Shown: positions 61,871 through 64,000 of the stretch, piece after piece
Layout of the letters: every line of letters starts with the position of its first letter
Position numbering within the stretch: position 1 is the first letter of the stretch
Source: Desulfobacteraceae bacterium
GTDB taxonomy: Bacteria > Desulfobacterota > Desulfobacteria > Desulfobacterales > JAABSP01
Direction: 5' to 3'
Length of the DNA: 64,000 nucleotides
Assembly (NCBI GenBank): GCA_011390065.1
Contig: JAABTD010000002.1
Location: 21,854-85,853 of the forward strand
Notes under the pieces: model-generated
The model's database searches: none
The model's input: only the letters and a program-made list of their open reading frames with translations
What the model was told of the DNA's origin: nothing
Made by a program: the position numbers and the translations under genes

Positions 61871-64000
61871 TCAAGATGATTCTGTCTCATCCTGCCCCTC
61901 TCCCGCTGGCGCGGGTCCGCCCGATCGCTTCCCGCCTCCCGCCAGCACCGCCAATTCCCCCACCATCAACTGAATGGTCTCCGCCTGGGCGGCCAATTCC
62001 TCTGATGACGCGGCGGATTCTTCGGCATTGGCGGCCAGGGTCTGGGTCATCCGGTCGACTTCCCTCGACGCGGTTGCCACTTGGCCGAGGCCGTCGGAGA
62101 CCGATTGACTGGCGTCGGTAATCGCGGCGGTTTTCTCTCCGATGAGCGTGGCGGATTCGATGATGCCTTCAAAGCGCTCGTTGATGAGCCGAATGGAAGC
62201 TGAAGCGCTGGAAAAACGCCGGATATTGGTTTCCAGCAGATTCCGGGTCTGCTCCGACGCATCGCCCGCGCGCATGGCCAGGTTCCGCACTTCTTCCGCC
62301 ACGACGGCGAATCCCGATCCGATTCCGCCGGCCCGGGCCGCTTCGATGGCCGCGTTCAGCCCCAGCAGCTTGGTCTGGAAGGCGATGTCGTTGATGGCGT
62401 CGATGATCTGACCCATATCGGCGCTGTCCGATTCGATCCGACCCATCTCCTGAGTGAGAGAGACCATGGATTTCAGAGAATCGGCTGATTTTTCGATATT
62501 TTCCATCATCAAAACCGAAACGCCCTGCGTCAGCGCCGACGTATCGGCACTCATGGCGTTCATCCCCTCAAGGGCTGAAAACGTCTCCTCCATGGATGCG
62601 GCCTGATCTGAAGCGACCTGGGAAAGGGACTGACTGCCGGAGGATACCTGCCCCGCCATGGCGGCAACCCCTTCCGAGACCGCCCCCAAGTTTTCTATGA
62701 CCCGCTTCAGGGGACGGCTGACGGCGGCGGAGATGCCCCACGACATCAACAGGCCCAGGAGAATGCAGCCGCCGGCGGCGGCGGCCATGACGCGTCGGGA
62801 CCAGGCGACCGAAGCGGTCATGATCTGTTGTTGTTCCGCGCGCACGGATCGGCTCGCTTCCCGGGCCGCCTCGGCGGCGGCGGCCATGGCCTTGCCGGCC
62901 CTATCCTGGCGCGCCATCAGGCCGCTGAAATCGGAAAAAGCCTTCCCGTAAGCGGTTACCGACCCGACCACCTCCTCGACCCGGGCCTGGTTCTGGTCGT
63001 CATCGGCTTGTCTGCCCATCTCCGAAGCGAAGCTCAGGATTTCGTCCATTCGTTTCTGGACCTGGACTTTAAGTTCCGGATCACCGTCCGACAGAATGTA
63101 GTCCTTCTCCTCGGTGCGCGCTGATTGAAAAGACCGGATGATCGCATCGGCATGGTTGACCAGCACCATTTTTTTACTCAGAAACCGGGTTCCCCGCTGA
63201 TGCGCCAGCAACAACCGGTCCTGCTGTTCCGCCTGGATATAGGCGACCTGATCCATGGCCAGGGACGCTTGGGCTTTCATGGACGCCAGGCTCTCCTCCC
63301 GCTCCCGGAAGCGGGCCGCAAAAGCGTCAAAAGCCGCTCCATAGGCGTCGATGCCCGTCAGTATCCCGTCCAGCCGGTTGAGAGTCCAGTCGGTTTTGCC
63401 CACGGCCGCGTTTATTTTAATGAGGTAAAAACGAGACTTCACTGCGTCGAAATGCAGCCGGAATTGATCTTCCCAGCTATCATCGCCGCTGGCGGCGATG
63501 AATTCCTTTTCCGCCTGAAGGGCCTGGAAGAAATAGCGCATGGCCTCGGTGATATCCAAAAGCATGGCGAGCTTTACATCCATCGATCTCCGGGCGGCAT
63601 CCGCACCCGCTCCTCCCGGGGCTTTGCTCTTGGACACTTCGACTTTCAGCCCACGCGCGATCTTCTCGATTTCATCGTACAAGGCCGTGGAGGCGGCCGT
63701 CATGGCCGCCTTGTCCCCCGCCTGCCGGCGGGTCAGATCGACCACCTGTTCAAACTCGTTTCGATATGCCGCCACCCAGCCGCGAATGGTTTCCGCCTGG
63801 GCAATCCGGCTCGGATGCTCCGATGCCGCCTTGAGCGCCTCGACCCTGTTGATGGTCTCCCCGATCCCCTCAGCCGCGGCGTCGGCCCATTGGGATTGTC
63901 CACCGGACATCAGAAACGCCTTCTCATCCAGCCGGGTGTTCATGAACTGCTTCATAATGCTGTCGGCGATTTTTGTCTGATGGATCCGGCGCACCATGCG
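61871..64000 (-). CDS. Methyl-accepting chemotaxis protein, N-terminus outside the window
   Basis: A long helical sensor region, a TM at about aa 400, and a signalling domain with [20 protein letters not shown]...[12 protein letters not shown]. No N-terminal TM is visible and the frame is open to the window edge. Confidence 0.85.
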   Translation of the reverse strand, partial: RMVRRIHQTKIADSIMKQFMNTRLDEKAFLMSGGQSQWADAAAEGIGETINRVEALKAASEHPSRIAQAETIRGWVAAYRNEFEQVVDLTRRQAGDKAAMTAASTALYDEIEKIARGLKVEVSKSKAPGGAGADAARRSMDVKLAMLLDITEAMRYFFQALQAEKEFIAASGDDSWEDQFRLHFDAVKSRFYLIKINAAVGKTDWTLNRLDGILTGIDAYGAAFDAFAARFREREESLASMKAQASLAMDQVAYIQAEQQDRLLLAHQRGTRFLSKKMVLVNHADAIIRSFQSARTEEKDYILSDGDPELKVQVQKRMDEILSFASEMGRQADDDQNQARVEEVVGSVTAYGKAFSDFSGLMARQDRAGKAMAAAAEAAREASRSVRAEQQQIMTASVAWSRRVMAAAAGGCILLGLLMSWGISAAVSRPLKRVIENLGAVSEGVAAMAGQVSSGSQSLSQVASDQAASMEETFSALEGMNAMSADTSALTQGVSVLMMENIEKSADSLKSMVSLTQEMGRIESDSADMGQIIDAINDIAFQTKLLGLNAAIEAARAGGIGSGFAVVAEEVRNLAMRAGDASEQTRNLLETNIRRFSSASASIRLINERFEGIIESATLIGEKTAAITDASQSVSDGLGQVATASREVDRMTQTLAANAEESAASSEELAAQAETIQLMVGELAVLAGGGKRSGGPAPAGEGQDETESS

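Overview
This is a high-GC chromosomal segment that looks like a Desulfobacterales-type sulfate reducer. That assignment is inferred from dsrABDN, the gene content and the many GC-driven shadow ORFs. No database search was possible.

Layout:
- 0-5.3 kb: rimP-nusA-infB, preceded by tRNA-Gly(CCC) and an intrinsic terminator.
- 5.4-8.2 kb: three small membrane proteins and a B12-binding radical SAM enzyme.
- 8.4-14 kb: a sigma54 circuit. It comprises a DUF362 Fe-S protein, a Cache histidine kinase and an NtrC-type activator. A textbook -24/-12 promoter and three ACAAC-N4-GTTGT palindromes sit upstream of a SatP/YaaH-type carboxylate channel and a free periplasmic Cache protein.
- 14-23 kb: trmO, eno, pyrG and dsrA-dsrB-dsrD-dsrN.
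- 23-27.6 kb: a ROK kinase, a GH15-like glycosidase and two response regulators.
- 27.6-37.3 kb: a copper/sulfur cluster bracketed by two copies of one 28-nt hairpin. It holds a Gly/Met/His-rich PepSY protein and a YeeE/YedE half-transporter translationally fused to a His-rich CPH-type (CopB-like) P1B ATPase. It also holds the other YeeE half, a periplasmic tandem rhodanese ending in a Gly/Ser linker plus Cys-Gly-Gly, a monoheme cytochrome c, a lipoprotein and a divergent CopA.
- 37.3-42 kb: two Uma2 nuclease paralogs, a SHOCT protein, and a tightly coupled four-gene putative transmembrane redox module (exported anchor protein, 2Fe-2S ferredoxin, His-rich 5-TM protein, heptaheme cytochrome c), then RseC.
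- 42-43.3 kb: PP2C phosphatase plus a frameshifted and truncated Ser/Thr kinase.
- 43.3-51.4 kb: a more AT-rich accessory patch. It contains a 138-bp MITE-like element, cassette-like small genes separated by a conserved terminator/promoter junction repeat, hicAB, a porin whose C-terminal beta-signal is out of frame, and a mosaic of intact and broken Rpn/YhgA-type PD-(D/E)XK nuclease genes.
- 51.4-64 kb: pepP, a cytidylate-kinase-like gene, an acyl-CoA/acetoacetate catabolic cluster and a partial MCP.

The most novel-looking item is the rhodanese / split-YeeE / CopB-fusion cluster. The ferredoxin / membrane / heptaheme module is second.
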